Of a stretch of DNA of 64,000 bases, positions 37,801-56,205 are shown piece after piece. Each line of letters opens with the position of its first letter. Position 1 is the first letter of the stretch. The notes under the pieces were generated by a model. It had not been told where the DNA came from. It saw only the letters and a program-made list of their open reading frames with translations, and did not search any database. Source of the stretch: the human T2T-CHM13v2.0 reference genome, Homo sapiens; assembly GCF_009914755.1 (NCBI RefSeq), contig NC_060945.1, one strand, 5' to 3'. The position numbers were made by a program, and so were the translations under genes.

Positions 37801-39000
37801 GGCTACTTGTAGCTATGTGACCCTTGGAAGGTTATTTCATCTCCAAGTGCTTCAGTCTCCCCATCTATAAAATGAAGATAACCCTGAGGGCTGCAAGGGT
37901 TAAATGATTAATATACACAAACTGCTTAAGAGTTTCTGGCACGTGGAACTATGTCTACCTTAGTCTCACAGCATCATATTCTTAGCTGCCAAATGCTGAA
38001 GAATTTTGTCCTCAGACCTCTCACCACTTCTCTATTTACATTTTCTCCTTAGGTAATCTCACAGGCTCCTGCGGCTTTAAATATTATCTTTATCTGCTGA
38101 AGATGCCAGAATTTGCAGCTCTATTAGATGTTACCAGTAGTTTACTTGACATCTGTACCTGGGTATCAAAGTTAGAATATCCAACATTTTAATTTGATAG
38201 GCTCCCCTCAAACCCACTCCTACAGATTTGCGCATCACAGGAATGGCAATTACATCTACCAGTTGCTCACATAAAAAACGAGTCATTCTTGACTCTTTTT
38301 CGCATTCCGTATTTAAGTAATATGGCAATTCTGAAGGCTCTATCTTCAAAATATCTTCAGACTCTAACCACTTATCACCTCCATTGCACCAGCCCAACGT
38401 GGGCTAGCTCCCATCTCATCTGCTGCAACAGCATCAGAACCGGTCTCCTTTCCACTCTTACCAACTTCTAGAGTCTGTTTCTCTAACAGCCACAGTAATA
38501 CTTTAAAAACTGCACATCAGATCATGGCATGGATAAAAGACTCTACACCATTTCCCACTGCACTCAAAGCCTAGTGCTCAACAACCTTCTCTAAGCTCAT
38601 CTCCTGCCACTTTCTTCCCTTTGCTCTCCCTTCCTGCTGTGGTCCTTCAACAATCCATGCCCCATCTCAATTCAGGCCCCCTTTCCTTTGGTCCTCACTC
38701 TACATTCCTTTCCTCTGTATTTACATGGGGATATTCTCTTCATTACTGGTTCAGATGCCTTCCCTAGCAATCGTATTTAAAATTGTACATATCCGTGTTA
38801 CACCCTTATACTGCCTAACTGTCCTGTTTTACTCTCCATGTTAAATTATTAGCCCAGGTCTGCGAAAATATAAACTCCAGAAAGACAGGTTTTGTTTTGT
38901 TCATTCTGGTATTTCTAGTATACCTAGAAGGGTGCCTGGCACACAATGGTTATTGATTAGATATTTATTGAACATATGAGTGAATGGTGTTTGCAGAGGT
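34880..39000. mobile_element. Degenerate L2/MIR fragments with an L1M piece (~36670-37070, -) in SCAF4 intron 19
   Basis: L2 3'-end-like GTGCCTGGCACACAATGG...TATTTATTGAA ~38930-38975; MIR core ~37750-37950; L1M text TTCAATGGTTTTAGTATATTCACAG; boundaries approximate. Confidence 0.65.
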
Positions 39001-42000
39001 GATGACCAAACTCATCAAGGAGAAGATACCTCTCAGGGAATTAAGAATAGAGGCTACAAGCTCCAGGTCTTTTCCCAGGGTGGTAAGAATCTTCCCAGCA
39101 TAAACCTAGGAGGACTTGAACTTTGAGAAAGGATGTTTTCTTTCAACCTCCTTTTCTGTTCTTTGTTGCAGTTCCACCGTTTTGATTTGATCTCCACAGA
39201 ATGAGTGTCACTGTGGCACTTTGCATGAACTAAACATGAACTTTTCCCACATGAAGAAAAAGATGTATCAACCACTCATCTCTTTCATCAATACCTGAAG
39301 ATCCCTAAGCATATATCCCTAGGTTTTTTTTTTAATCAGCAAGTATTATCCTTTTTCCATTTCAGACCTGCAGAAAACTGAAATAACAGTACAACCAACA
39401 TGTTATTTCCTTTGCATAGATTCACCAATAACATTTAGGCCTATTTATTCTGAAAACACTCCTGGGTTATTCTTATAGAAGGCACTATGTTCTGAGAGCT
39501 GCGGAAAATGGAAGAATAAGGAGCCAATTTTCAAAGAATGAGAAAAAGCATCTTTCAGATTGTATTATACATTAAGATTATATTTTAAAAATGATGCTTA
39601 GAATGTTAGCAAGAGATTCTTAAGAGAAATTTGAGTTTTCAATAATATATAATGCAGATATACTGAGATGTGACTCATCTATTTTTGGCATAAGGGTATA
39701 TTTTGATAACATCTAATACATGAAAAACAGAATTATAAGTGAAATTGGAGAATGATTACCTTTTTTAAATGCTTGGTTTTTTCAAAATAATGTACAGTAG
39801 GCTCTGCATGGTCAACTTCCTACAGATTTGCTTTTTGGAATTTCAGTTAGCATAATAATAATTACTTAAGTATGTTACTATAATTGACAAAGTGCAATAG
39901 CTATGAGTTAAAATTTCACTATTAGAGTCAATAAACTTGAAATCTAAAGTTAACTTTCTATCACTGAATGAGATTATCTGTAGGCAATTTTATTTTCAAT
40001 ATTAGCCGGAAAAAAATCTTACCTGAAATTCTTTACAGCAATTAACTTTGTCTACCAAAATCAATCTAGAGCCCAGAGTTACTGCCCCTCCCACCTTCCT
40101 CAAGATGTCCCTCAGAGAGATTTACATTTAAGCCATTCTTCAGACTTGCACTCTGGAGCAGCCTAACAAGTGACAGCCCAGGAGAAATGGAGACAATGTG
40201 TTAAAACATTTCAAGGTTTTCTGCAAGACTTTCTCCATGTTTCATTTGAAGTGCTTTGCCTTGGGAGAAACTATGGTGTGTTCATGTGTAAATTCATATC
40301 CACGCCAAGTATTTGTTCTAGATTAATCACTATTTTGCATTATCCACTGTATCCAATGAACAAGGTTATATACTAAGTTGAAGGTACTGTAATTCGTATT
40401 TAAGAACCATTTCTACTATATAACACTAGTGGAATAACATTAATACAATAATTAGAGTACCAATTCAAATATTTTAAAGCTTTCAAAGAAGAACACTTTT
40501 ATAGGATAAGTAAACAGGCTTTTTGGGTACCAAATTAAATACCTGATATATCACTCTAGCTTATAATTTAATGTAACCAAACATCAAAATTCAAACAAAA
40601 TTAAAACACAAAAATTGTTTTTTAAAAAATTACGTATTATGTTAGTACTTTGAAAACTCTACTTTCTAGAATTTTCTTCAGGCTTCCTTTTAATGTCAGT
40701 GGCTAACTAGTGCATTACTAGTAGACTGGTGCTTTAATATTCTAGTAAGTGTTGCTAAAAATGAGCTACTAAAAAATCTAAAATTCTAGACAGAAACTGG
40801 GCAAAGAAATCCAAACTTAAGTGAAATCATCAAAATCAAATTCCTATTGATATTGCTGGCAAAGTTATTCATCTTTTAGGCAGTTTCAGGGATCATAACG
40901 ATAGCATAAAAACATTTGCGCTTGTTTAAATATAATTCACAAACCAATTCTGTCCCCACAATTTCCTGAGGTGTCCAAATCTGGAATCATCAACTCAAAT
41001 GTCTACTGAAGCCATGCCAGGACTGCAGCGCAGCACACCACTGCCTAGTAATTTAGCCACAGGCCACCAACTTGTTACTCTTGCTTTAAAACCTTTGGTA
41101 ACAAAAATTACAAGTAGGAAGTGATCTTACAAATACTCAACTCTTATTTATAAATTTTACCATCAGCTACAGTAGTGTGACAAAAACTGGTGGTAATCTC
41201 TTCATATTGATAATTAATGAATAAACATACTTGTCAAGAGGCTTTAATTTTCCATAAAAGGAATGAGTTCGACCTAGAACAGTTTTTGCTTGAAAAGATA
41301 TTTTGGATATACTGGTAACACAGTACAGATAGGTAACACAAACAAACATTTTTTTGTGTATTCTTTTTTATTGTTTGGAACACCAAAGTAACCCAAACTT
41401 TACATTTACAATGAACTTTTTAATAAAAATAGGTTGTACATATTAGAGATACATGTTATACAAAAGTTTTTGAAAAGTAAAACACAAACACTTATACAGT
41501 AAAGAGAATGAACTGAATTGCTATCATTTGCAATATTCCTTCTCTCCTAAATGACCAACAACTGTAGAATGTTACCTTTAGCTTTTATGAAACTACCACC
41601 ACTGTAGCTATTTGGGTGTGTGAGATTTCTTTAAAATCAAGTAATAATTATTGCGCATCAAGTAATTTTATATTTTCAGATTATCAGTATTACTAAAAGA
41701 ATCAAAATCTCTAAAAGTTGGTTTTATTCCCTCCAAATTCAGTAGTACAACTCAACTAATTACTCCCAAACTAACACCCGCACTTAAGTCTGATGATACA
41801 ACCAAACCATCCTTAAGGCACCCACTGCCTCTTTCCAGTATAATCAGGCTTCACTACAGAATTTTTGGAGACCCACTGAACAACTGTTTGGTGCCTAGTA
41901 CTTTAAAAATATTGCCACATTTCACAAATTAAGATCCAAGAACTCAGTTAAGTCTCGCTCACTGGAAAAACTACAGATATCTAGTAGGTGTGCTATTTAT

Positions 42001-42126
42001 CACTAAACTGACACATTTTCTCATTAAGCCAACTGATGGAACTTTAATATGTGTAAATTTATGATCTAATCTATCTCGAAAATATCTGAGGCAACTATGT
42101 CAAGATAAATTTTTTCCTAAAAAGTA

Positions 42127-42437
<311 letters not shown>

Positions 42438-45031
42438 TTAGAATTGCAAAAGATATTCTTCTCTAGGTCTTATAAATAACATCTATGACATTTCTTACCT
42501 GTAATATAAGCACCCACCACTCACTAAGTGCCTGCCCTACAGCAGGCCCCAAAGCAAGTGTTTTATAGATGTTAGCCCATTAAATCATCGTGACACCATT
42601 GTGTTTGTCATTTTTCTCCCCCTTTAGAGATGAGAAAACTGAAGTTTAGCATCAACTTCTAGACTTATAGTTTTCTGGTGAGCATAACAATTCCTTTTAT
42701 TATCTTAAAAGAAAACATTAGAGCACCAAGAGGAAATACCAAAGCATCTTAGTTCTGGGATTCCATCACTTGTTATCCCAACCTAATTACTGATCCTTTA
42801 GTACTGCAATACTGCAGTGTGGTCACCACATTCCTTTATCAAAATGATAAAACTGGTTAGTCTTAGATGAACCCTTCTTAACTTGCATACACATTTAAAA
42901 CTCATTCCTCTATAAGGTCAAAATTCCTGTGATATTCTTTTCAAGACTGCTGACTGAAGGCACATGGAAGGCTTTCTTTCTCATGACTGAACTAACATAT
43001 TGCATTTTAGTTCAAAGTGCTTATTTTAACAAAATTGTTTTCACTTTTCTTATGTCAAATTCTAAACCCTTCTGGATTTAGAATAGCCTTCAATTTTAAA
43101 ATTCTGTTTTAGAACGAAGATAATCATCAGAAGTAAAATATGAACAGTCCTGCATTGAAAACCACCCGCTCATGTAACAAATGTTCCCCTCTCATGGGTC
43201 CATCTAGTGGGAGGAAGATGGACATGCAAACAGTATGTCAGGTGATGATAAACGCTACGACTGATTCAGAATTTAATTACTTTTCTAGCCATGCCTAGCT
43301 TACTATGTTTTTCCAAGCTCACCGACTTCTCATCTGTGTTTGGTTGCACATGTTGGATGCAGAGGTTAAATTGTATGTTCAGTAGTGATAAGAAATAACA
43401 GGCAGGGTCTTCAAGACCTAAATGTTAAATCACAGGCAGGCTACTTACTACGCTTCACAGTTGCTTGAAAGCAGTGGTTATTAAACTCCTGGAGTTCATG
43501 AGATCTTTTCACTCATTCAATAAATTTATTAAACCCAGTAAAAAACACAAATGCAGCAATTTTACAAATAGTTTCAGGTAGTCTAACATCCATGGACCTT
43601 AGATTAGGATTCATAATCAAGGGTGTGTATGTGGGATGTGAAGAAGGGGTTGCTATCCAGATTCTGTGATTCTTGTGCAATCATGTTAATATGAAAAAAA
43701 AAAAAGCATAACAAAAAAGATGCAAAGATGTTCCCTGGTTCCTAGTCCAATGTTCCTTCTATGATATGACTTCCATTGGAAGGTAGACCTCTTAAGCAAC
43801 TTCCTCATTAAACAAATCATTTTCCATCATTATGGTAACTACACTCCTGTATCACTTGTGATAAATTTTAATCCCAAATCCTCTTTTACCATTACCCAAT
43901 CTGTGTACTAAGGGAAATAAACTCAAGGCTATTATCAGCCTAAGCTTAGTCTAGGGGAGGGCAGAATACAGTATACCATTTAAAAACAAATTGTTTTTTT
44001 ATTATAAATATAGTACATGCAAAAAATAAAAAATTCCAACAGTACTGAATAGCATAGGTGAAAAGTAAAAGTCCTCCATTACAAACCAATGTCTCACAGT
44101 CCTACATCTCAGAGGTAATCAATAGGTTCTTTCCTAAAACAACTCAGATTATGAAAGCAAACAGGCATATGCATATACCTTTGAAAAATACTATGGGCTC
44201 ACAGGACTAGAACACTGTAATACTCTCAAGATATTAACTTCCAATTAGGGGATTCAAGTGTTAATTATATTTGGCAATACCACTTCAAATACAACAATTT
44301 GTTAATTTAAAAGATGGTCTACTGTAACAAGCATGTGATGTATTTATTCATAACTTAAGCAGGCAAGAGTAAGCCTGCTTAAAGATGTAAAAGATCTAAG
44401 TCACATCGCCCTTGATCACAGTATTGAAGTTGTGGGTAAAAAGTACAACAGATAAACTCCAGCCAAGTAAACTGAGAGTGAGTGGGAAAGTGGTACCTCA
44501 GGCTGCGCAACTGTTACTTAGAAAACAAAGCCATTTTATTGGAATGTATCAAAGATGATTTCTTTGCTAGCCCACAAAGAACGCTACCCAAGTCCAGGGG
44601 TTTCAGATAGATAATAATTGGTCCAGACAGAGAAAAACCTATGCCGTTAAAGAAGTATCTCCTAAAAGCTGGGAAGAGACTAAGGTTAAGTGAATTACGA
44701 ACTCTGTACCAATTCCTTTGCACAGAGATTACTTTTAATCATTTTTCTATACCAAATAAGGATGTGAAGATCCAAACTTTTATTCAAGACAGACAAACAT
44801 GATTTTGTCTTTGAGATTCTCTCTTGGTAAAGATCAAGTACACATATTTGACTTTAAGAGGAAGATCTTCCTCAAAAACAAACAAACAAACAAAACAACC
44901 AAAAAAGCCAGTCTTGGAAATAATTTTACCAAAATTAACATTGTTTTTTTAAAAAAATCTAACTTGGGGATGGGTGGGGGGGTGGGGGGGGGTGGGGCAA
45001 GGAAAACTAATGATAAAAAAAAATAACTTAC

Positions 45032-45223
45032 CAAGAAGTGAAACAGGCTGGGTTACAGGAGGGGTGGGCAGATTCGTGGGTGCAGCAGGTGGCACGGCAG
45101 AGCCATACATTTTCACGCTGTCACCAGACTCGGCGTTTCCTCTAGCCCCAGACACCACTGTTGGAATGGGATTTCCAATAGATAAGTCTTTTGTAGTGTC
45201 TTCATTTATACCAGCGATAGTAG
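45032..45223 (-). CDS. SCAF4: SCAF4 exon 19 (STIAGINED...QPVSLL)
   Basis: tag|CT, G|gtaagt, 192 nt. Confidence 0.95.
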
Positions 45224-45380
45224 CTAAGGAATATAATTATATCAACATGTGAAGCTGAATAATTAATTATCTCCCGGTCAACATTCTTATGCCATACTAT
45301 AGATCCTATTACCGCTTCACTCTCCCTCCTACACCCAGCTCCAAGAGGATAAGCAAACACAAAGAAAAAAACATGCTTAC

Positions 45381-45467
45381 AGTTTGGGATGCTTATTGGT
45401 GGAGTGTGAGGAGGAGGAATGGATACTGGTGGAGTTATAGGAGGTGGGGGTCCAGGAGGCAGAAAAC
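45381..45467 (-). CDS. SCAF4: SCAF4 exon 18 (GFLPPGPPPP...SIPN)
   Basis: tag|GT, T|gtaagc, 87 nt. Confidence 0.96.
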
Positions 45468-45550
45468 CTAGAATAAGAAAAATAATGTCAACTTATGCTG
45501 TATCACTCCATCGCAGGCTCTAAAGTATGTTCACAGACAATTTAGTGTAC

Positions 45551-45716
45551 CTGGTGGTAAATGCATTGGGTTGAATCCTGGGCGCAAAAATGGTGGAGGA
45601 GGAGGGGGAGGAGGAACACCAGGACCAAAGCCTGGAGGCGGTATTCCCAGAGGAGGCGTGAAAGCAGGCGGCTGGAGAGCACCAACTACAGGTGGACCCG
45701 GTTGATGTGGTGGGAC
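45551..45716 (-). CDS. SCAF4: SCAF4 exon 17 (VPPHQPGPP...MHLPP)
   Basis: tag|GTC, G|gtacac, 166 nt. Confidence 0.96.
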
Positions 45717-45872
45717 CTAGAAAGAAAGATAAAAGAATAAACCACCTATCTAGACACCCTCCCATCCACACAGTAAGCACAGATAAAAGAGCAAACTGTT
45801 GAAAAAATAGATGTTTCTTAATTTGTGCTTATTAGACCAATTTATTAAATAACAGGTGGTAGTTAACTTCTA

Positions 45873-50483
<4,611 letters not shown>

Positions 50484-50780
50484 ACATAATACCAAAGATG
50501 CTCAGTTAAGACCTATATGATTTATTAAGTTTCACAGGAAAAGTTCTACTTAATTCTGTAATTCATAGATCCCATAATCAGTTAAGTATTTCACTTGTGT
50601 TTGCATCTCTTTTGTCTCATTCACTATTTAACCCTCAGTTTATAATGGAGATACTGACACAGGAGGGATCCTAAAAAATCTCAAAAATCACGTCCTAATG
50701 CAAGGAACAGGACATTCGATTTGTCATATGTACTACCAAGCAAATAAGTGAACTGTAAGAGAAATTAAATACTGCTTTAC

Positions 50781-50937
50781 CTGGGTTAAGTGTGTCACTG
50801 TCCAACATTCCTCCTTCACAAAAACTCTCCAGTTCCTCAGGCTTGACTTTGTCCCATGGAATATAAGTAACACCAAGTTCTACATCCCAATACTGCTTAT
50901 AATCTGCCTTTATTCCTTTGTTTAAGGCCCAGGCAAT
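50781..50937 (-). CDS. SCAF4: SCAF4 exon 15 (IAWALNKGIKADYKQYWDVELG...TLNP)
   Basis: tag|ATT, G|gtaaag, 157 nt. Confidence 0.97.
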
Positions 50938-51800
50938 CTATTTCACCATTAGTGAAAATATAAAAAGAAAACAAAGCAAGGTCGTAAGTCTTGAGGGTAT
51001 TATTCTCTATCATTCTATCCATTCCGACTCGGGCACCAAGGGAGCAATCTGGACCAGCTAGGCTTGGATCTCATTCAAAGCCTTATTCTCACTACAGAAC
51101 TGGTTACCCTTTAATTCTCACTTTGTCCTAGGATGGAAATTTCACTGGCATCTTCTCCTTACCAACTCTCACCCAACCCAGCCAACATAAAACTTAGAGA
51201 AAAGGAAAAAGTTTAACAGGGAAAGGCTGAAGTTCCCTGAATAGCCTAGTAGTATACTGGGGACTACTTTTCCAAGTCTAGGGGTGCCTTGTAATTACTT
51301 AACATCAGACAAAATCTTTTTGCAGTGCAATCCAGCGGTAGAATGGGGTGTTAAGACACTGAAGAAACACTGACTTTAGCTCCTTAGGGGAAAAATACCC
51401 ATATACCTATATGTTTTTCTCCACCTTTGGTGAATATTTTTCAGTTAATTCTAAGATGGCAAACTTTAAAAATACAGTATCCAAATTTTTTGAACAGGAC
51501 AAAACATATTGCTAAAAGACATTATATTTAAAGCACTAATTTACCATGATGAACCCATCTACATTTAGGAAAAACAAAACAAAACAAATTCTACCATGCA
51601 CGTAACATTTACAATTTTATGCTGAAACACTGGAGTTCTTTTAGGAAATATTCTTTAAAAAAAAAAAAAAAAAAAGATGCACATGAAATGCCTCAGTGTT
51701 GAAAGTCATTTCGAAGACCCAAATTAGTTTTTATATGCCACATATTTTTCCCCTTCTGCCTATTTAAAAAAAAAATTAATTATAACATGTAAGACTGTAC

Positions 51801-51914
51801 CTTTATGGATTTCTGGTTCACTTTATAGTTTCCTCGGCTCAGTTTCTGCAGGGCACGATAGGCATCTTGCCTATGAACCATAACAATATAGGCACAACCC
51901 CTGGGAGGAATCAT
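51801..51914 (-). CDS. SCAF4: SCAF4 exon 14, RRM (MIPPRGCAYIVM...QKSIK)
   Basis: cag|ATG, AAG|gtacag, 114 nt. Confidence 0.97.
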
Positions 51915-52332
51915 CTGCTCCAAAACATTTTAATATTATAAAAGATAACAAAATTGAAAAGCAACAAGATACAACACCAAGTAAGCAGTTCCAACAATCC
52001 CATCCCTCACCCCATGCTATATAATGTAAGGTTAAATTCATTTCTAAGTTGGCAATTCAAGTTTGGTCTCAACTGAGTCCTCCAAGCTTTGTTATATAAA
52101 GACTTACCTAGAAATGTTTGAAATTAAACTTGGTTATCCAAGAAATGTTAAATACAAAGAATTCTAAGAAATGTTAAATACAGATAATTCTAAACGTGGA
52201 CTCTGAACACCTAAATTCTAGTCACATCTATAAACCTGGGCAAATTGTAACTTTGGTCTCAGGTCCTCCATTTCATAAAATGACATTAATCACACCTGTC
52301 CATCGTACTTAAAAAACTGAATAAACACTCAC

Positions 52333-52433
52333 ATTAATTGATTCAATTGGACCAAACTCTTCCAAGAGACTGGCAACATCCTGCTGAGTAGTTCTTTTGT
52401 CCAGCTGCCCCACCCAGAGGGTAGTACTGCAAA
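52333..52433 (-). CDS. SCAF4: SCAF4 exon 13, RRM start (VCSTTLWVGQLDK...IESIN)
   Basis: aag|TT, AAT|gtgagt, 101 nt. Confidence 0.97.
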
Positions 52434-53277
52434 CTTAAAATAAAATTACAATCATAAAGAGATTCACATTTGATAATGAGCAGCACTGTAGCTTACATTA
52501 AAAAATCATTACACAAAATATTCATGAACTATATTACAACACCACAAGTTTAAATAGTAAATCTCACATACATTTTAAAAATTCTAGAAAACTGCATTAG
52601 TACTTCCAGAAAGAGAACTGGGATAGTGAAAGATATACATAAAAGTTGGAAAAAACTGGTTTTTTTGTAGATGGATCTAAAGATTACATCTATAAAAACT
52701 GAAGCCAGGGAAGCAATAACTTGCCCACCTCACCCTGCCAATGAACAGCAGAACTAGGATTGGAGCTCAAGTCTCTTGATTACCAACCAGCTCAGTGCTT
52801 TGTTCACTTGCATGTAACTGTCCTTTCTCCACTCTTAAGTGTTGATGGTTTTTCTTTTATGTTGTGTCCTAGGTGATAAGCCTTATGGAATCAGAAATCT
52901 TACATATGCCCTAGTCATATTATAAATTAAAATCTTAGTCATCTTAATAGTTACTGATTTATATCAAATATATGTCTAGCACACCTTACTAAATGTATTC
53001 TGAAGACATCTGATGAGATTCAGAAAATAATGCAAGTGAATACATTCTGTAAATTTTTGGTTCACTCCTTACTGCTGCTTTATAGCTGGTTTAAGGTACG
53101 AAAGCAAATCTAAGGGTATACATCAATGAATAAACAAGGCACAAGAAAGCAATATTTCAAATAAAAATCAACACAGTGGTAACATTTCTTTTATAGTTTT
53201 GCTAACAGTTATAAAACACTTTAAACCCAAGACATGAAAAAATAGTACATGAGGTTTGAATATAAAGGTTGAGTTAC

Positions 53278-53468
53278 CACTTGCAGTTTCCGGTTTCACT
53301 TGAGGGAGGCCTTTTTGTCGACGTTCTCTCTCTTTTTCTCGATCCCGTCTTTCTTGAGATCGAGATCGGGGAGAATGTCGGCGTCTATCCCTGGACCGAG
53401 ATCGAGAACGTCGATGCCGAGACCTTCGAGATCTAGAACCAGATCTAGATCGCCTCCTTTTTGGTGAC
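53278..53468 (-). CDS. SCAF4: SCAF4 exon 12, RS domain (SPKRRRSRSGSRS...KPETAS)
   Basis: tag|G, G|gtaact, 191 nt. Confidence 0.97.
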
Positions 53469-54187
53469 CTAATGTTTTCAAGAGAAGGGAGAATGCATAG
53501 CATATAGACAAAAACCAGAAAATATAAGCACATACTAATTAAAACAGAACAAAAACTAGGTAATTTAATGTTTGGGTATGTAAGAATGCAATACCTGAGA
53601 ATTCATTTTACAGATTTAGTATGTCCCAAATTAGAAATCATGCACATTATTTAAATAAAATACACAATGTTGACAGCTTATATAAGTATCTGTCATCTTC
53701 AGTGCCGTCTGGTACTATATAAAATTACATCCTTGTAATTTAAGTAGCTAATTTTCACAGTTGAGATACACTGCTACTACTGTTACCTATCTTCTTAGTA
53801 AAGTATTTTCTGCAGCAATTAAAAACATTCTCTGATTACAGCATTACTGTGATCTTTCCACTTTTGCTGGCTGATAAAGCTGTAATGGAACTTTGAAAAT
53901 ATAGTTCTTCTAATATCACATACTGATTACCTATGTATAGAATTATATCTTCAAAATTCCGTTACATCTGAGCAACTTAAATATAGGGAAAAAAAGTAAG
54001 ATGAATGATGTAGTTTTTTTTTTTACATCAATACTTCACCTGCCCCCTTCTACACACATATACAAATACAAACATACCAACTGTTATTTTACTAACATTC
54101 TGAATATCTGAAAATAACCCAATCTAATTTTAATTTCTATGTCCCCTAAGATATACAGGGTTGGAAAAAACATTTTCTATAAATTAC

Positions 54188-54273
54188 CTGGATGCTGACC
54201 TAGATCTTGACTTTCTGTTATCAGACATATGTCGCTTAACCTCTTGAATACAAGGTTGTTCTACTTCCATTTC
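54188..54273 (-). CDS. SCAF4: SCAF4 exon 11 (EMEVEQPC...RSRSASR)
   Basis: aag|GAA, AG|gtaatt, 86 nt. Confidence 0.96.
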
Positions 54274-54796
54274 CTTAAAAAACAAAAACCATGATAAAAT
54301 GAGAAATTTAAAAAGTATAAAAGCAAGAGGACAAAATCTAACAAAAGCTATATTAAAAATCTCCTTCCCTGAAGCAATTCTCTTTTGGTTGCCTGGGACC
54401 AAATTACTAGTAACAACTGGCCATCACTGGGAAAAAAAAACAAAAACAAAAACCACTTTTATATTGTTTAAAAGATTAAAAGAAATATTTCTCTACTTCT
54501 GGTAAAGTTACTTTGCTTAAATTACATACCATTTTAATAAACCATTATCTAATGCAGTGAAGTAGGCACTAGTTAAGCCTTCAACACTCTATATCAAACC
54601 TCACAGAATCCTATGGAAGTTGGCAGTATTAGCATGTCCACTTTCCAGATGAAAAACCTGGAGCACTGAGAGGGTTTAATATGTACCCAGGTCTTTCTTC
54701 ATATTCAAAAATGAAGACAGCAAGCAAATAAGGAGAAATCTGCATATAAGTCAAGGCAACAAAAAAAGATAAAACTATCTGAGAATAAAGTTTTAC

Positions 54797-54964
54797 CTGC
54801 TGATGCGGCTTCTGTGTAAGTGGTTCATTTTGTGCCTGAAAAGAAGCTTGGAAAGGCTGCTGCACTGGTGGAGTTGGAGGAATCACAGGCTGAGCCATGG
54901 GAGGAAATGGAGGTGTAGGAAGAAGTCCAAATCCTGGCATTTGTCCATTAGGAGGAAGTGGAAC
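54797..54964 (-). CDS. SCAF4: SCAF4 exon 10 (VPLPPNGQMPGF...KPHQQ)
   Basis: aag|GTT, CAG|gtaaaa, 168 nt. Confidence 0.95.
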
Positions 54965-56096
54965 CTTTCATTTTTAAAGAAAGTGTATGAGTAATAGCTA
55001 TCAAAATAATTTGGAAAACCTTTAGTTATATAAAACTAAAATATCCTCAATAAAGTTTGATCAAGGAAAAGTTACAACGACATTCAACATTGTTTAACAA
55101 TTTCCATATGTACAATTTCCACGCAAGAATTGTTACATACCAAGTATATAGGTTAAAAATCCTGTAACTCTTTTTAAAATTATGAACACACAGGTTTAGT
55201 TTTAAATATTTAAAGAAATACCTTCATTTACATAAGGAAGCAATGTGATAAACTGAACTTCAAGTCAGAAGTACTCCATTGCAAATGGTCTCTTTTCAGC
55301 TTTAAAGACAATTAAGCCTTTTGGGAGGAAAACTGGCTATCTAGAAGCAATGACTTCTAGGTTTACTTTAAAAAAAAATAATCAAGGGGGAATTTCAACT
55401 AACATACCCAACTTTTAGAGTTTCAAATAAAGTATCATAATAATAATGAAAGTAAACTACAATCTAACATATTTCTGCATGTCAGTTTAAACACAAATAA
55501 AACTATAAATATAATGCTTTAAGTATTCTTTCTAAATTATTTATGAACTTTCAGTAATTGTTAAACACTTGAAATAACAAAAATGCTTCCCACCCCATCC
55601 CCATAATTTAGATACAGAATCAAGTTTAAGAAACACTCAATGAGAGAATTTACTGGAACAAATTTATCTCTACTAACTTCCTGCAACTCTCCAGTGTGCT
55701 ATGTATGCTCCTTTTATTGCGGATTTCAAACTATATTCCTGAATGTTCAGAGCTCAGAGCCCTCTAAAGTATCTAACCACACAAAATACAGAAGGAAGGC
55801 CCTTCCAAGGGAAAAAGCTGTATAACTAAACAGGTCGGTTTCTTCAAATAGAACTGTAATCTCTACATTATTTTAACTAAAAAAATGCCTATTATTAAAA
55901 TATGAGCATGTGATTTTGGCATCCTTGTTTTAATTACAGAAAAAAGCAACTCAAAATAGTTACGTGTTCAACAGCTTTTATCAGAGATATAGTACGACTT
56001 AGCCAATTACATAGCTGCAGAGTGCTCTGTGGAATGCAAACCATACGCTCTATAATGAATAGATCTTTCTTTGAACTGCAAGAAAAATGCTTGTAC

Positions 56097-56205
56097 CTGA
56101 TGGTGCATTGGATCCTGTTGTATTCCCATCATTCGTGGCTGAAACTGATCCATATTTTGATGCTGTGTGTATGCTGGCTGCTGCATGCCATCTCCAGGAA
56201 AGCCA
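56097..56205 (-). CDS. SCAF4: SCAF4 exon 9 (GFPGDGMQQP...PMHHQ)
   Basis: tag|T, CAG|gtacaa, 109 nt. Confidence 0.96.
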
